Shown here piece by piece: positions 43,684 through 54,458 of a stretch of DNA of 64,000 bases. Position 1 is the stretch's first letter. Every line of letters begins with the position of its first letter. Origin of the DNA: Salisapilia sapeloensis CBS 127946. Taxonomy: Eukaryota; Protista; Oomycota. The stretch covers positions 1-64,000 of the forward strand of contig JAADVB010000010.1 in NCBI GenBank assembly GCA_023334545.1. The letters are read 5' to 3'. Below the pieces are notes generated by a model. The model was not told the origin of the DNA. It ran no database searches and was given only the letters and a program-made list of their open reading frames with translations. The position numbers were made by a program, and so were the translations under genes.

Positions 43684-44651
43684 TCAAGCGCTCGTGCCAT
43701 AATCTTGACGCGTAGGACTCGAAAGCACCGTAATGTCGGCGTTGTCACGCGAAGCCGGTTGGCGACGAACGAGCACTCTCGGGCGAGTGTCTGTGGATGG
43801 TTTGCTGTGATTGTATTTGACATCAGTACCTACAATAAACAAATTTGCCCTACAAAAGAAACATACTGTTCAACGAACCCAATGCGAATCATCCACACGA
43901 TCAGGATACCAGCGAGCAATCCTGCTCCTTCCGCTGCGCATGCCTTCATGGCTTCATACCTGCCTGTCTTATCAGGATCCAGGCCCAAAGGCTTCACGAC
44001 GACAGCAAACAACCACCAAATGGTTGTAATCGCTAGGATTGGTTCGTTTCCGACTAGCAAGCCCAACATCGCAATGATTAAGACGGCCACGAGCATGCTC
44101 ACGTACGTAGGTAGCGAGAGCGTCGAATGATACATCGTTTGGAGCATCACGGCGTTTTGAATTGTGACGATTGCATTGACCCATCCAAAGTAGACAGCGA
44201 CGGGCAGATCATTGCAGATGTATTGTGACCATCCAGCAGCACCTCCCGACGGGTTGTCCTTTTCCGCGATCGTAACTGTATAAAGCACGAGTACCGCAAA
44301 CCAGAGGATGTAGAGAGAAACGGCCGCTACTTGTATGTGGTCGTAGACAGTCGACAACACCCAAGTGATGTTTGTGAGACAAGCAACAGCAAACCAGAAA
44401 CGTAGGCGGTTTGGTCGTACCGCGTTTGCGTACAAGGAACACTCAGGGTAAAAGACGTCGATGAGGACGAACAGCGTGAGGAAGAAGTAGACGATGAACC
44501 ATATAGCATAGGCGAAAGTGTCGGGGGAGATTGGAGTATCTGCATCGTGTGTCGATTCCAGCAGAGTTTTCGCATAGAGGGCGTTCGTGGCGACCTGAGC
44601 GACGTAGAGCACGACGTTCAGCATTGCCATGTATGGCGCGTCCATATCCAT
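43684..44651 (-). CDS. TspO/tryptophan-rich sensory protein-related membrane protein, copy A (2 exons)
   Basis: PISPDTFAYAIW, NRLRFWFAVAC and VYFGW. Intron 43805-43866 (gtatgt, ctgat, cacag) adds a tail ending QDYGTSA. Confidence 0.75.
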
Positions 44652-44804
44652 GCCTCTGATCAATGTGCTTTCTTGCCGAATGAGGATCGATCGGGGTGGA
44701 TCTGGAAGAAGAATGGGACGAGACGAATATCGTTGGCAAAGAAAAGAATTCAAACAACTAAAGGTCTCTATTTGGAAAGGCTCAAGTACTTTTACCTGAA
44801 ATAT

Positions 44805-45677
44805 CTACACACTACATGTAAGGGCTCCATAGTCCTGCATCTCAACCGTGCTCAAACGCTGTGGCTTCGCCTTGACTGGAGGAGAGAGCAGTCGCTTTAC
44901 ACACGCCGACGTAATCCCTGCGATGAGCAACACCATGATAATACCACTCGCAAACGCAGCGCATGCCTGTACTTTAGCCTGCTTTTCCTTATCTGTATCA
45001 ACGGTGGGTGAGCTGGCTATATCGAGTAGCATCCACGCCACCACCATACCTAGCACCGGGTCTTCGGCAAACGAAATGGCGCAAAGTGCCATTACAACGA
45101 TTGCTCCAAGTAGGAGCAAGTAGGTCGGCACAGAGATGGTCTCGGTGTTTTTCGACATCCAGTCGTCGTAGAGCTGGATGGCGGTTGCCCAGCTCACGAC
45201 TGTGAGCACAGACGCCCAGGCAAAGTAGAGGCGGATGCCGAGTTCACTGAATATCCGCCGTCGCCAGTCAAACTCGGGACTTGCGAATTTCACAGCTTTG
45301 GACACCACAAATAAGTACAGTAGCGACAAAATGAGCCACAAAATAGACATGTGCAGTGCTCCGAGCGCAACGAAATCATGCTGGGCGAGGACTCGCCAGA
45401 AGATGTTGACGGCACAACTCGCTCCGAACGCGATGCGTAGCATATTTGGCTGATCAGCGTCCTTGAAGAATGACAATGATGGCCATACGCAGTCCACAAT
45501 GATGGTGCTTATCAACAAAACGTGCACGAGCACAGCCACATCGAAAGTGGATGCCGACGGTGTCAGCAGCGTCTTGTTATCGACAATAACGTTTTTCTGG
45601 AAAGACAGGACTCCCAAGTAGGTAAATGCGAGCTGGCAAGAAAGCAGCACGAGGTTGAGGTACGATAGAACTGCCAT
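44805..45677 (-). CDS. TspO-related membrane protein, copy B
   Basis: About 8 hydrophobic segments; LLTPS, NMLRIAFGASC, SELGIRLYFAW; tail QDYGA. Confidence 0.8.
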   Translation of the reverse strand: MAVLSYLNLVLLSCQLAFTYLGVLSFQKNVIVDNKTLLTPSASTFDVAVLVHVLLISTIIVDCVWPSLSFFKDADQPNMLRIAFGASCAVNIFWRVLAQHDFVALGALHMSILWLILSLLYLFVVSKAVKFASPEFDWRRRIFSELGIRLYFAWASVLTVVSWATAIQLYDDWMSKNTETISVPTYLLLLGAIVVMALCAISFAEDPVLGMVVAWMLLDIASSPTVDTDKEKQAKVQACAAFASGIIMVLLIAGITSACVKRLLSPPVKAKPQRLSTVEMQDYGALTCSV

Positions 45678-47164
45678 CGTCGAGTTCTAGTGGCGCTGAG
45701 CGTCGGTATCTACACAGCTTGATTTGTGTGAACGCTTTACAGTGTATATCGCTATTATTTCGGACGGGTATTTTCTACGGAAAATGGCAGGAAGCGCGTC
45801 AAGTAAATCGAGATGCTATAGAGTTAGTACAAAATCTGAAGCCACCACGAACGGGCACTGAAACGGCAGTATCAGCGTGTTTCATGGTATCCAGCTCTTA
45901 GTTCGCTTTCTTAGACTCTTCTCCTGTGAAGGCGAAATTAGCAGTCGATATGCGCTAGTAGGCTTCATGATTGCAATAACTTTTTTGATGAAGTAACGAC
46001 GATGGACACCTTATCTTCAAACAGATCACTTGCTTCTGCTGTTGCCTCGAAAAGTCCTAATTCTTTATCGCCCTTGCCGAGCTTAATTCGATCAAAATGT
46101 ATTGGCTGAATGCCAGAGCCAAGAACCTTTAGTCAACTCTTCTATCTTTCGAGCAACTTGTAGTCACTACATTCCTAGGTTACCATGCTGCTTTCATTGA
46201 GTGGATCATAATTGCATCGGAGGAAGCAAAGGCGGAAATAAACATCTACTACCATCAAGGATTAGTTTATTTGCTGTGTGTAACTCATAGTTTTGGTATG
46301 GACTTGCAAGCACGTTGTCAGCCGAGTAGTGAGCTAAGCATAAAGCATCACGACAAACATATATCTTCAGCATCTCTAATTTTGCTATTAACGCAAAGCA
46401 GTAAGCAATATCACTACATAAATCGTTGCACCAGAATCTACTGATAACAAGTACATATTGGTCATCGTTTGAACCTTTAGCAAATAAAAACATATCTCGA
46501 GCATGCTCTAGAATGTCCTCATGACCATCTCTGTAGTAGTGATTCAATCGTCTTCTCACAGCAAAGTTACAATTCCAAAGAGCGTGTGATGTGCTGCTAG
46601 AAGCAGATAAACGACAGTAAGAGGTCGACTATCATAAAACGTACCTATATTTGATTTGGCGTTGCTGTAGATCCCACAAGTACTAGATACTATGCGAAAT
46701 CCTCAGCAGCTCAAATGTCAACTGAACTACAAACTGATAGTTTATGGAGGTGCATAAAGCAGATGAAAGGCACCAAAAAGATATCTGTCTCTTTATATAG
46801 CATTTTCGATACTACTCTAGGTTTCCGGACCAATGATTGCATTCAAGTGCAAGAAACAGCACGTGGCCTTATCCACATTGGCCCAGTTCATGATATGTTA
46901 CTAAACACGAAGCACCTATTTCAAAAGAAATTGTGCATACATTCATAATCACAGTTGGCTCGCTCTAGATGCCTGGGCTGTTGTCTTTGTATATGGGATT
47001 GGCCAAAGCGCTCGAAAAGGTATGCTACAGGAACCAAAAGACCATCGAAGAGAAAGCAGAGCATCAAAGATACAGCACAGATAACGCAACGAACCTACTA
47101 ACTATACGTCAATGTATTTCAGCATTAAAGACACTACTACCCGCTTGTAAACGCACAACTTTAT

Positions 47165-48037
47165 CTATGAAGAGGCAGCCGCAGCTGCTCCATAACGATG
47201 CACTTCGATGCGATTGACATTTCTTAATGGTTCATGCAGCATCTTGGCTCGATCCTGCTGTAGCACTTGGACAAATCGACATAGGAACACAAGAGGCACT
47301 GCACAGGCTAATACAAGACAACACACAAGAGCAGATATTTGAACCTGCATAGTCACGTCATTTAGCGCTGATGACACAGCCAGCTTCTTCCACACCAAGG
47401 ATATCAACGTCCACATGGTCATACTTAAAAAGCTCAAATCTGCGTCCTTTGCTAATGCATACAGTGCTGCGCAGCAGAGTAGGACTGTGTAACCAACGTA
47501 GCATGCTGGATGGATGTATCTGTTAAGCGATGTCTGAGCAGAGACGGCAAAGGTACCAGGAGCGATACTGGCCGAAACCCAAGCAAAGTAGGTGGTAATC
47601 GCCATTTCACTCATCCAGAGTCTGGTAAAGGCGCCTCCATGGGCTCTCCTGCATAGCATGATGTGTCTATACAGAATAAAGAGCAGTGCCCACATGACAA
47701 GTGATGCGAAGGAAGCGCTGTGTACATAATTGTTTGCCAAGAATATCACCCATGCAATGTTGGCGACGCAAGCGCCTGCAAAGCACAGTCGAAGTCTGTT
47801 CTGAGAGTCCTTTGCGTGAGCGAAAAAGGAGTTGGCGGGTGAAGTGCAGTCAATGGCGACGCAGCAGAAGAGCAGGATGTAGATCCAGTACCAGATACGG
47901 AAGACATAATAAGCTGGTGTAATCGGTGTCTCATACTCGTAGCCATAAAGCAAAGGGACATTCTCATAGCGAACGAATACGCCTACAAAACCCAGGACGC
48001 TAGAGACGCCTGCGTTTCCCAATGACAGCGCTCGCAT
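47165..48037 (-). CDS. TspO-related membrane protein, copy C
   Basis: TPITPAYYVFRIW, NRLRLCFAGAC, SEMAITTYFAW; tail HRYGA. Confidence 0.8.
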   Translation of the reverse strand: MRALSLGNAGVSSVLGFVGVFVRYENVPLLYGYEYETPITPAYYVFRIWYWIYILLFCCVAIDCTSPANSFFAHAKDSQNRLRLCFAGACVANIAWVIFLANNYVHSASFASLVMWALLFILYRHIMLCRRAHGGAFTRLWMSEMAITTYFAWVSASIAPGTFAVSAQTSLNRYIHPACYVGYTVLLCCAALYALAKDADLSFLSMTMWTLISLVWKKLAVSSALNDVTMQVQISALVCCLVLACAVPLVFLCRFVQVLQQDRAKMLHEPLRNVNRIEVHRYGAAAAASS

Positions 48038-48151
48038 GTCAATTTGGACCTTGGTCCCGTTGAGACTGATTAGACAACAAAAGCGTCGGGAAATAAAAGA
48101 ATAAAAAAGACAGACTAAAAGGGAATGTACCGCGTAGGTACCACGTTAAGC

Positions 48152-49006
48152 TTAGCTGCCATAGTAGATCGTTTCCTGGTTCTTGTCGCTCATGAGCGGA
48201 CGTGCAGTGGAAGGAGTCTTCTTTGTGCTGTGACGCTTCATGCAGTGATGGAGCAGCACGACGACACTGTAGCACAAGATGATCGAAGCACAGACAAGGG
48301 CGCAAGTGTGTACCTTCACAAGCAAACCTTCCGCATCTACTGAAGCGTCAATTGGCTTGCGATAGATACCAATGAGTGCCCACGCTGCTGTCAGTCCGAA
48401 CGCAATATCCGTCGCATAAGTCAACGCTGTGATCGTCGCGACACACAGCACTGCGAGGAAACCAATGTAGACGCCAACGTTGAGGTAACCTCCAGCAATA
48501 TCCTGTCCGGTAACAGAAAAAGAGATCAATGTCGCAGCCGTCGTCCAAGCAAAGTAGACGGTAATGGCCAATTCACTGCACCAGAGCCGAACGGATTTCA
48601 TGGACATTCCACTGTCCCTCCTTCCGGCGAGGACGTGCGCATATAGCAGCAAGAGCTGGAACCACAAGAGTACGATACAAGCAGTTGCGAGATTGACGAA
48701 ACCAGAAGTAAAGAGTACGATCCAACCTCCATTGAAGATGCACGATGCACCAAAGATCATACGGAGGACGTTCGGGTGCTTGGCGTTGTAGAAAATGGAA
48801 AAGGAGGAGCATCCGCAGTCGACAATGACAAAAACAGTGAGCAGTAGATAGATGAAGCCCCAGATCGCGAACGCATACGGCGCGGGGGTGATGGGCGTAG
48901 TATGCTCCTCGCTCATCGGTTTAATTTTGGCCGAGTAGTGGCTGTTTACATAAAGCTGTGCTCCGTACAGCACGGCATTGACCCATGCGAGTGGCTCAAC
49001 TCCCAT
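48152..49006 (-). CDS. TspO-related membrane protein, copy D
   Basis: TPITPAPYAFAIWGFIY, NVLRMIFGASC, SELAITVYFAW; tail IYYGS. Confidence 0.82.
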   Translation of the reverse strand: MGVEPLAWVNAVLYGAQLYVNSHYSAKIKPMSEEHTTPITPAPYAFAIWGFIYLLLTVFVIVDCGCSSFSIFYNAKHPNVLRMIFGASCIFNGGWIVLFTSGFVNLATACIVLLWFQLLLLYAHVLAGRRDSGMSMKSVRLWCSELAITVYFAWTTAATLISFSVTGQDIAGGYLNVGVYIGFLAVLCVATITALTYATDIAFGLTAAWALIGIYRKPIDASVDAEGLLVKVHTCALVCASIILCYSVVVLLHHCMKRHSTKKTPSTARPLMSDKNQETIYYGS

Positions 49007-50135
49007 CTTCCGTTAATAGAATGAAACTGCGTGGAGATCTTCCGCAGACCTCGTTCCAGTTCGGTCTTCTTTGTGTTTTCTTCCCGGAAGAATAGCTTCT
49101 GAAATGGGCCTAAATTTCTAGGATCAACTACCATCATTCCTCGCCTTTGTGCCCGCTCAAGCGTTATGGTATTTGCATATCGCACAGGATCAGCGCGCTC
49201 CCTCGCACGGATGAGTGTTCACTCTTAGCTTCCCCATACTTAGCGCGTATTTGATGACACGGTTGAATAAATCACGGATTCTTTTCTCAACTTGAGACTT
49301 GCTAAAAATTGACTTGGGCTGATATGTACACCAGGATTCCGTCCATCTATCTCTCGTTGGTAATCTTACCCATCTCTTTCTGCATTTCCATGTACGTCCT
49401 GGGCTTCCTGCTGCTGGTGTTATCCAACAGCTTGCGACTCGCGCCAGCGTACTTGACCGAGCTGACAGAAGAGGCGCGTAGTAACAGAAACGAGGCAGCT
49501 CTCTTGGCGATTTTGCAAAGGGCGCATCCTGTTCCGCGTCGAGTCACGCCATCCATCCCGACGTCGATGCAACTACAGCTCTTTGCAAGGCGCAAGTGCA
49601 AGAGAGAGCAGTCAGTGAAACATTCCGAAAACCCTTTTGGCCTGTCTGCAGACGAACGCAAGTCGGTCAGCCGGCAGGCGGTTGAAATTCGAGGATGCCA
49701 TCTCCAGCTGATGCGTAGAACAATTGCACAAATGCGAGGGGGCGATACACAGGGCTAGGGCGGGAAACTTGATGGCTACACGCTGTGAAAAGGTGTAGTA
49801 CTTCAGTCGATCACATTGAAATCCGGACTAACGTCACGCTTGATGACAGGCGTAGAATTGACACACCGTGCGTGAGGAACAAGAACCAAGTTCGATGGAT
49901 GTTTCTTATGAAGATGCGAAAAGTAGATCTGTAGTCGATCGGATATGAGTCTCGATGCTATGCATTATTCACATGCACGCCGTGCAAATATATCACCGGC
50001 ATCCACAGGAATAAGATCGTCTCTACCATCATGGCTTCACGACAATCATAACCTTATTCGAATGCAATACCAAGTCCAAAAATACAAAAGTGCACAGTAC
50101 TTTGATTCACAAATAACGTCGAGTCCGAAGGATTC

Positions 50136-50801
50136 TTAAACTATGGTCGCGCGAAGACTAGAGTTACGCGTCTGCGCATCTGCTGGTGTCTCCATGAGTG
50201 TGCAAAAGATCGCTAGTTCATCATGCGCGAGGCCGAGTGGCGCTTCCTCCAACTTTGTCGGTGTAAAGTCGGGTGCTCGACTCGTCTCCCCCTGCGCCTC
50301 GTGCTTCACGCTCCTGGATTTCACCGTCTTGCGCGTCTTGTTTTTGACGGCGCTATCGTCAACGGACGAGTGGTGGTCTAGCTCTGATTCAGGGCTTGAT
50401 CGCATCAAGCGCTTCTTCCGGTCTAACTTTTTCTGATTGAAATTCGCCTTCTCGCGATGGAACTCGCACAATTTGTGCAGCTTGCCATTGCGTTTAACGG
50501 CCTGCATGTTAGGACACTTGCCTGTCCGGTAGCCACACATCCGTGGCGTGACATCGCTTTCAGACTTGTCGCGACTGCGTTTGCGGCTAGGAGCCGAATC
50601 AAACGACGAGAGGGAGGACGAGGATGCATTGCGTGAAAGGGGTTGCATGAAATCCGGCGGAAAATAGTCAAAGTGCTTCATGTCGACGGCCATGCCGGCG
50701 GCTAAGATGGAGCTTTCCGGGGCAGTGGCGTCCGTGGGGGAAAAGAGGCCATCGTTGAAGTTCATGGACGAAAGCAGGCGTACTTCGTGCTTCACTGTCA
50801 T
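50136..50801 (-). CDS. Oomycete-family putative zinc-binding / DNA-binding protein
   Basis: Motif CGYRTGKCPNMQAVKRNGKLHKLCEFHREKANFNQKKLDRKKR. ATG 50801 lies about 45 nt downstream of an Inr-like CTCATTC. Confidence 0.7.
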   Translation of the reverse strand: MTVKHEVRLLSSMNFNDGLFSPTDATAPESSILAAGMAVDMKHFDYFPPDFMQPLSRNASSSSLSSFDSAPSRKRSRDKSESDVTPRMCGYRTGKCPNMQAVKRNGKLHKLCEFHREKANFNQKKLDRKKRLMRSSPESELDHHSSVDDSAVKNKTRKTVKSRSVKHEAQGETSRAPDFTPTKLEEAPLGLAHDELAIFCTLMETPADAQTRNSSLRATIV

Positions 50802-50844
50802 ACTGATTGAAATGTTCGACTTGAGAGGCAAGATGGAAAAAGAT

Positions 50845-50851
50845 GAATGAG
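50845..50851 (-). promoter_or_regulatory. Oomycete Inr-like element
   Basis: CTCATTC followed by a pyrimidine-rich ATCTTTT on the minus strand, upstream of ATG 50801. Confidence 0.35.
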
Positions 50852-51639
50852 GAGATGTAGTCGTGTGCAAAGGGAGGGGATGGGCTTGTAGACGTAAAAC
50901 CTCCGGCTCTTTCCTCAAGAGTGGGACCTGGAAAGACTCACGCGACACCTGTCACGGACGAGATCATGCATAGTTACTGACAATTGACTGGTCATGATTT
51001 TTACAGAGACAATCAAACGGACTGCTGGAAGTACGGAAAAGCTGGTAGGATACCCTTGGGCGAATTTCCATCCTTTTGTCAAACACCTTCCGGCCAAGTT
51101 TCTGCCGTGCCCCGTGCGAGGACGAGGGTCGCGGCAACCCTTCGCGTGACATGCAGTAACTTGGCGATGACAAAGACCGCTTGGCTGTCTACGAAAAGCC
51201 CCTGTCTATCGGTTGAGGATTTTGATCCATAACGCATCATTCGATCGATCAGCGCGGTGTTACCTATCGCAGCATCCTGGAGGTGCAACTCACGGCAGAT
51301 TTAATCTTCACCAACCGGCGAAAAAACGTTCACGTAGACGAAAACAGTCTTAGTCAATGGCTTCTTTCCTTACTCTTACATGGCTTCCGTTTGGTCTTTG
51401 TCAACGTAGCTTTCGTGCCGCTAGGTCACAGCGCAGAGTCGTGCAACGCAGTCCAGCCAGGATGTAAAGGACCTGTACAATCTGCTGGATGTGGTGCTCG
51501 ATACCATTTGCTGCATGGAGCGCAGTCGATAAAATCCGCTCGTGGGTTTCCCGCAAGTCCCACTGGATCCGCTCCGTGCCGCATTGTTACTCGCTTCTAT
51601 TCCATCATCAGCTCCGTGTTGAGCAAGTACGCCGGCGAG

Positions 51640-51900
51640 TCATTTTCCACTTGAGTCGTCTGCGCTAGGTAATCGGATATCCAAGAGATTGTGACAGTGC
51701 GGACACTCCTCGTCTGCCTCGTCAAACGCCAGTAAGGACTTACGGAACGGACGCCGGCATCGCTTGCAAAAGAACGCGAGCTCCGACGCGGCCTCAATGG
51801 CGTGGTCACTCAGCTCAAAGTGGCATTCACTACAGTCAAACCAGCGCTGGCAACACGGCGCTTGGAAAGCGCATTGGACATTCCCAATGTGCCTGCACAT
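51640..51900 (-). CDS. Small CHY-type zinc finger protein
   Basis: MCRHIGNVQCAFQAPCCQRWFDCSECH...CKRCRRPFRK...ECPHCHN matches the stand-alone CHY family. Confidence 0.85.
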   Translation of the reverse strand: MCRHIGNVQCAFQAPCCQRWFDCSECHFELSDHAIEAASELAFFCKRCRRPFRKSLLAFDEADEECPHCHNLLDIRLPSADDSSGK

Positions 51901-51983
51901 GGTACCTCTCGACTTTCGCAAGAACTTGATCTATTTTCAATCCCGTCTCTTCCACCGTTTCACAATCCTCTCGCACGCCGACT

Positions 51984-53023
51984 ATGCTCACGCCCGAAAG
52001 TTTCTACTCGAAGGCGCACGAACTTGACATCGACCTTGCACTTGAGCCCTTTCTTATTCCGCTAGTCCATGAAGCCTTGATAGCGCCATTACCTCCGCAT
52101 TGGACCTCGATCACATCATCGCGGTATACGAATCAGCTCACTAGGGAAGAGGTGACTACTCGACCTACGCATGACTATTACTTAAGCGAGGCTAACCGCA
52201 TTCGAATGGAAAACCAAGATGGAGCATCGACTGGATGGGTAGCATTTGGTTCTCAAGATACCAAGTACTACTATGACTTTGTGACGCAACGCGAACAATC
52301 GAAACGTCCGAATGCTGTCGTGCACAATGACGATAACCTTCCCGTTCAGGCCGAAGCTGACCCGCAGACCTTTGTCCATGCGCCTCTCATACATGCGAAG
52401 CCTTCGTACCCAAAGTATGTTGCACTCATAATCTAGTCACAGGCATTCATGGATGCAAGCGTAATTTCGATTGTACTTGTTTCAGAATCGAGGAACTAGA
52501 CATTCTGTGCTTCCACTCTTGGTGGAACGAGTCGACGCAGAGCACAGGCACGCAAAGACGCAGTCTGTGTCTCTACTTTTCCGTTTCCACTGGTCAGTTC
52601 CAAGTCATCATCGACGACTCCGACCACTGTCTTACGATTTCGCATCTCGTCACTTTGGTCGGGCAGCGTCTCGTGACAGCTTGGGATCTCTACGTCGGGG
52701 CGAGACTGTCTGTTCTCGGCAAGAAGACGACGCTTCGGCAAGCGTCATCCGTCACTCGCCAATGGCTATTGCACCATGAAGGCAAATTCAGCCGTGTAAA
52801 GGACAGACTGCGCCAAGAGCTCCTGAAATGCGACCCAAAGCACAGCCGCGAGTACGTGTACGACAAGAACGAGCTAAAATTGGCGAAAGACACGATTTGC
52901 TTGCGAAGCATATTAAAAGACATTCAAACCTGGCAAGAGCGCTTAGCTTGTACACAGCCCCAAGTAGCAGCAAAACTCTGCCTACCCGTTCAAGCTCATC
53001 TAGACAGCTTTTGTAATGAATAG
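51984..53023 (+). CDS. CEP164-like WW-domain protein with a DM10-like domain, 2 exons
   Basis: DIDLALEPFLIPLVHEALIAPLPPHW and a second WW (GWVAF..KYYYDF). The intron ends at AG 52485 and exon 2 is in frame with ORF 52655-53023, containing WDLYVGARLSVLGK...TRQWL. Confidence 0.6.
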
Positions 53024-53164
53024 AAGGATGGTATAAACTAGAGATTATGCACATTGTCCGCATATTCGTACGTGGGTGTACAGAATGCATGTTTGCATCC
53101 ACTGCCTTTTGAGACTTCAGTCTCCAATATACCACGCAGTATCTACGTCGCCACGGTTTCAAGC

Positions 53165-53662
53165 ATGTCGGTTTCAGCTGTGACACTTGGCCTCCAAGCG
53201 GCAACCGTCACTTCATCTGGGCTTTTTGCCGGTGCAGCACTCTACATCTCTGCCGTCCAGCAACCGACTTTAGTTCAAGCCCATGACCTCGACCCATCCT
53301 TTCGTCCCCCGTTCTTCCGTGTTATGTATGGACGTGCGACGATTATGCAGGCGTCGCTTGCGGTAGTGAGTGGTGCCAGCGCTTTGGCTACATACGCGCT
53401 AAGCAGTGATGCCATGCCCATGATCGTGTCACGCTTGTATCTTTTCGGTGGGATGCTTATGCTTGGCATCCCCGTCTACACCGTCTTCGTTATGCTGCCG
53501 ACCAACAACCTGCTCAAGGACACGCCAGCAGCAATGAAAAAGGGCAGCGAATGGTTCAACGAGAAGCTCGCTGTGTGGGATCGAATGCACCAGGTGCGCA
53601 TTTTGGCCAGTAGCATGGCATTCGCAAGTTTCATTGCTGCTCTCGTGCTGAATCAAAAGTGA
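53165..53662 (+). CDS. DUF1772 / anthrone oxygenase-family membrane protein
   Basis: GLFAGAALYISAVQQP, YTVFVMLPTNNLL, LAVWDRMHQVR; four hydrophobic segments. Confidence 0.8.
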   Translation: MSVSAVTLGLQAATVTSSGLFAGAALYISAVQQPTLVQAHDLDPSFRPPFFRVMYGRATIMQASLAVVSGASALATYALSSDAMPMIVSRLYLFGGMLMLGIPVYTVFVMLPTNNLLKDTPAAMKKGSEWFNEKLAVWDRMHQVRILASSMAFASFIAALVLNQK

Positions 53663-53840
53663 ACTGAAGGGAGGCCAGCCTTTGGAATACAAGACAGAGT
53701 GCCAAAATGGACTTTTGAATAAAATCGGATCGCTTTGGAAAGCATTTTTACATCAATACGTGCTGCCTTTCGTCTCCTACTTCTTTTTAGTTTCCATATA
53801 AAACAAAAGCTACAGTGCAGCAGGAACGAGAAGTGCTACT

Positions 53841-54458
53841 ATGATGAAGCTGTATCCGCCACCTCCGAGCCACGACATGAGCATTGAAGAAGAGACCAGT
53901 GATCCCGCGGCTGATCGTGCAGCCTTCTACCGTGCCATTGCAGACCACTACATGAAGCACTGCCATCTCATTTACTACCAGAACATCCAGCTTATCGATG
54001 AAAATCGCAAGCTGCGTCATATGCTTGAAAACACCCATGTCAGCGACGCTGAGTTACCACATCCTGCTCCACAGCCATTCCAGCTGCACCAAGTCCACGA
54101 GGAACTTTCGCGCGAACCAGTGAAGGAGTCAGATGAGCATCAACTGCGTCCTAGACGGTCCATCCTGAAGGAACCTTCCATCGAGAGAGGTTCGCAAAAG
54201 GTGACGATAGCTGATAGAAACGCAGCGCCTCCAAGTAGCAGTAGTAACTTGGATGACAATAAATCGTACTACTCGGCACCAGACGAAGCCGAGTCGACTC
54301 GCGCCCAAGTGGATGAACGTGAGGAGGATGAAAGCTACCTAGCGCTCACTCGCATGCACGGCGACGACAATGAAAGTTGGCACCATCGCGCGCTCCGCAA
54401 GCTCTCACTCATGCGCAAAAAGAAACAGGCAGAGAAGAGGACACGAAAAGGGTACTAG
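53841..54458 (+). CDS. Hypothetical protein
   Basis: 205-aa ATG-initiated ORF filling the gap between two genes, with a short coiled coil and a basic C-terminus. Confidence 0.55.
   Translation: MMKLYPPPPSHDMSIEEETSDPAADRAAFYRAIADHYMKHCHLIYYQNIQLIDENRKLRHMLENTHVSDAELPHPAPQPFQLHQVHEELSREPVKESDEHQLRPRRSILKEPSIERGSQKVTIADRNAAPPSSSSNLDDNKSYYSAPDEAESTRAQVDEREEDESYLALTRMHGDDNESWHHRALRKLSLMRKKKQAEKRTRKGY

Noticed and set aside
45678-47164. Idea that the array interruption is a decayed fifth TspO-related copy
   Set aside because: None of the diagnostic motifs (ITP, N.LR..F, YFAW, YG tail) could be found convincingly in the minus-strand frames I read.
49309-49758. Overlapping 149-aa plus and 104-aa minus ORFs
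   Set aside because: Neither starts with ATG or has a recognisable motif, and I cannot tell which, if either, is coding.
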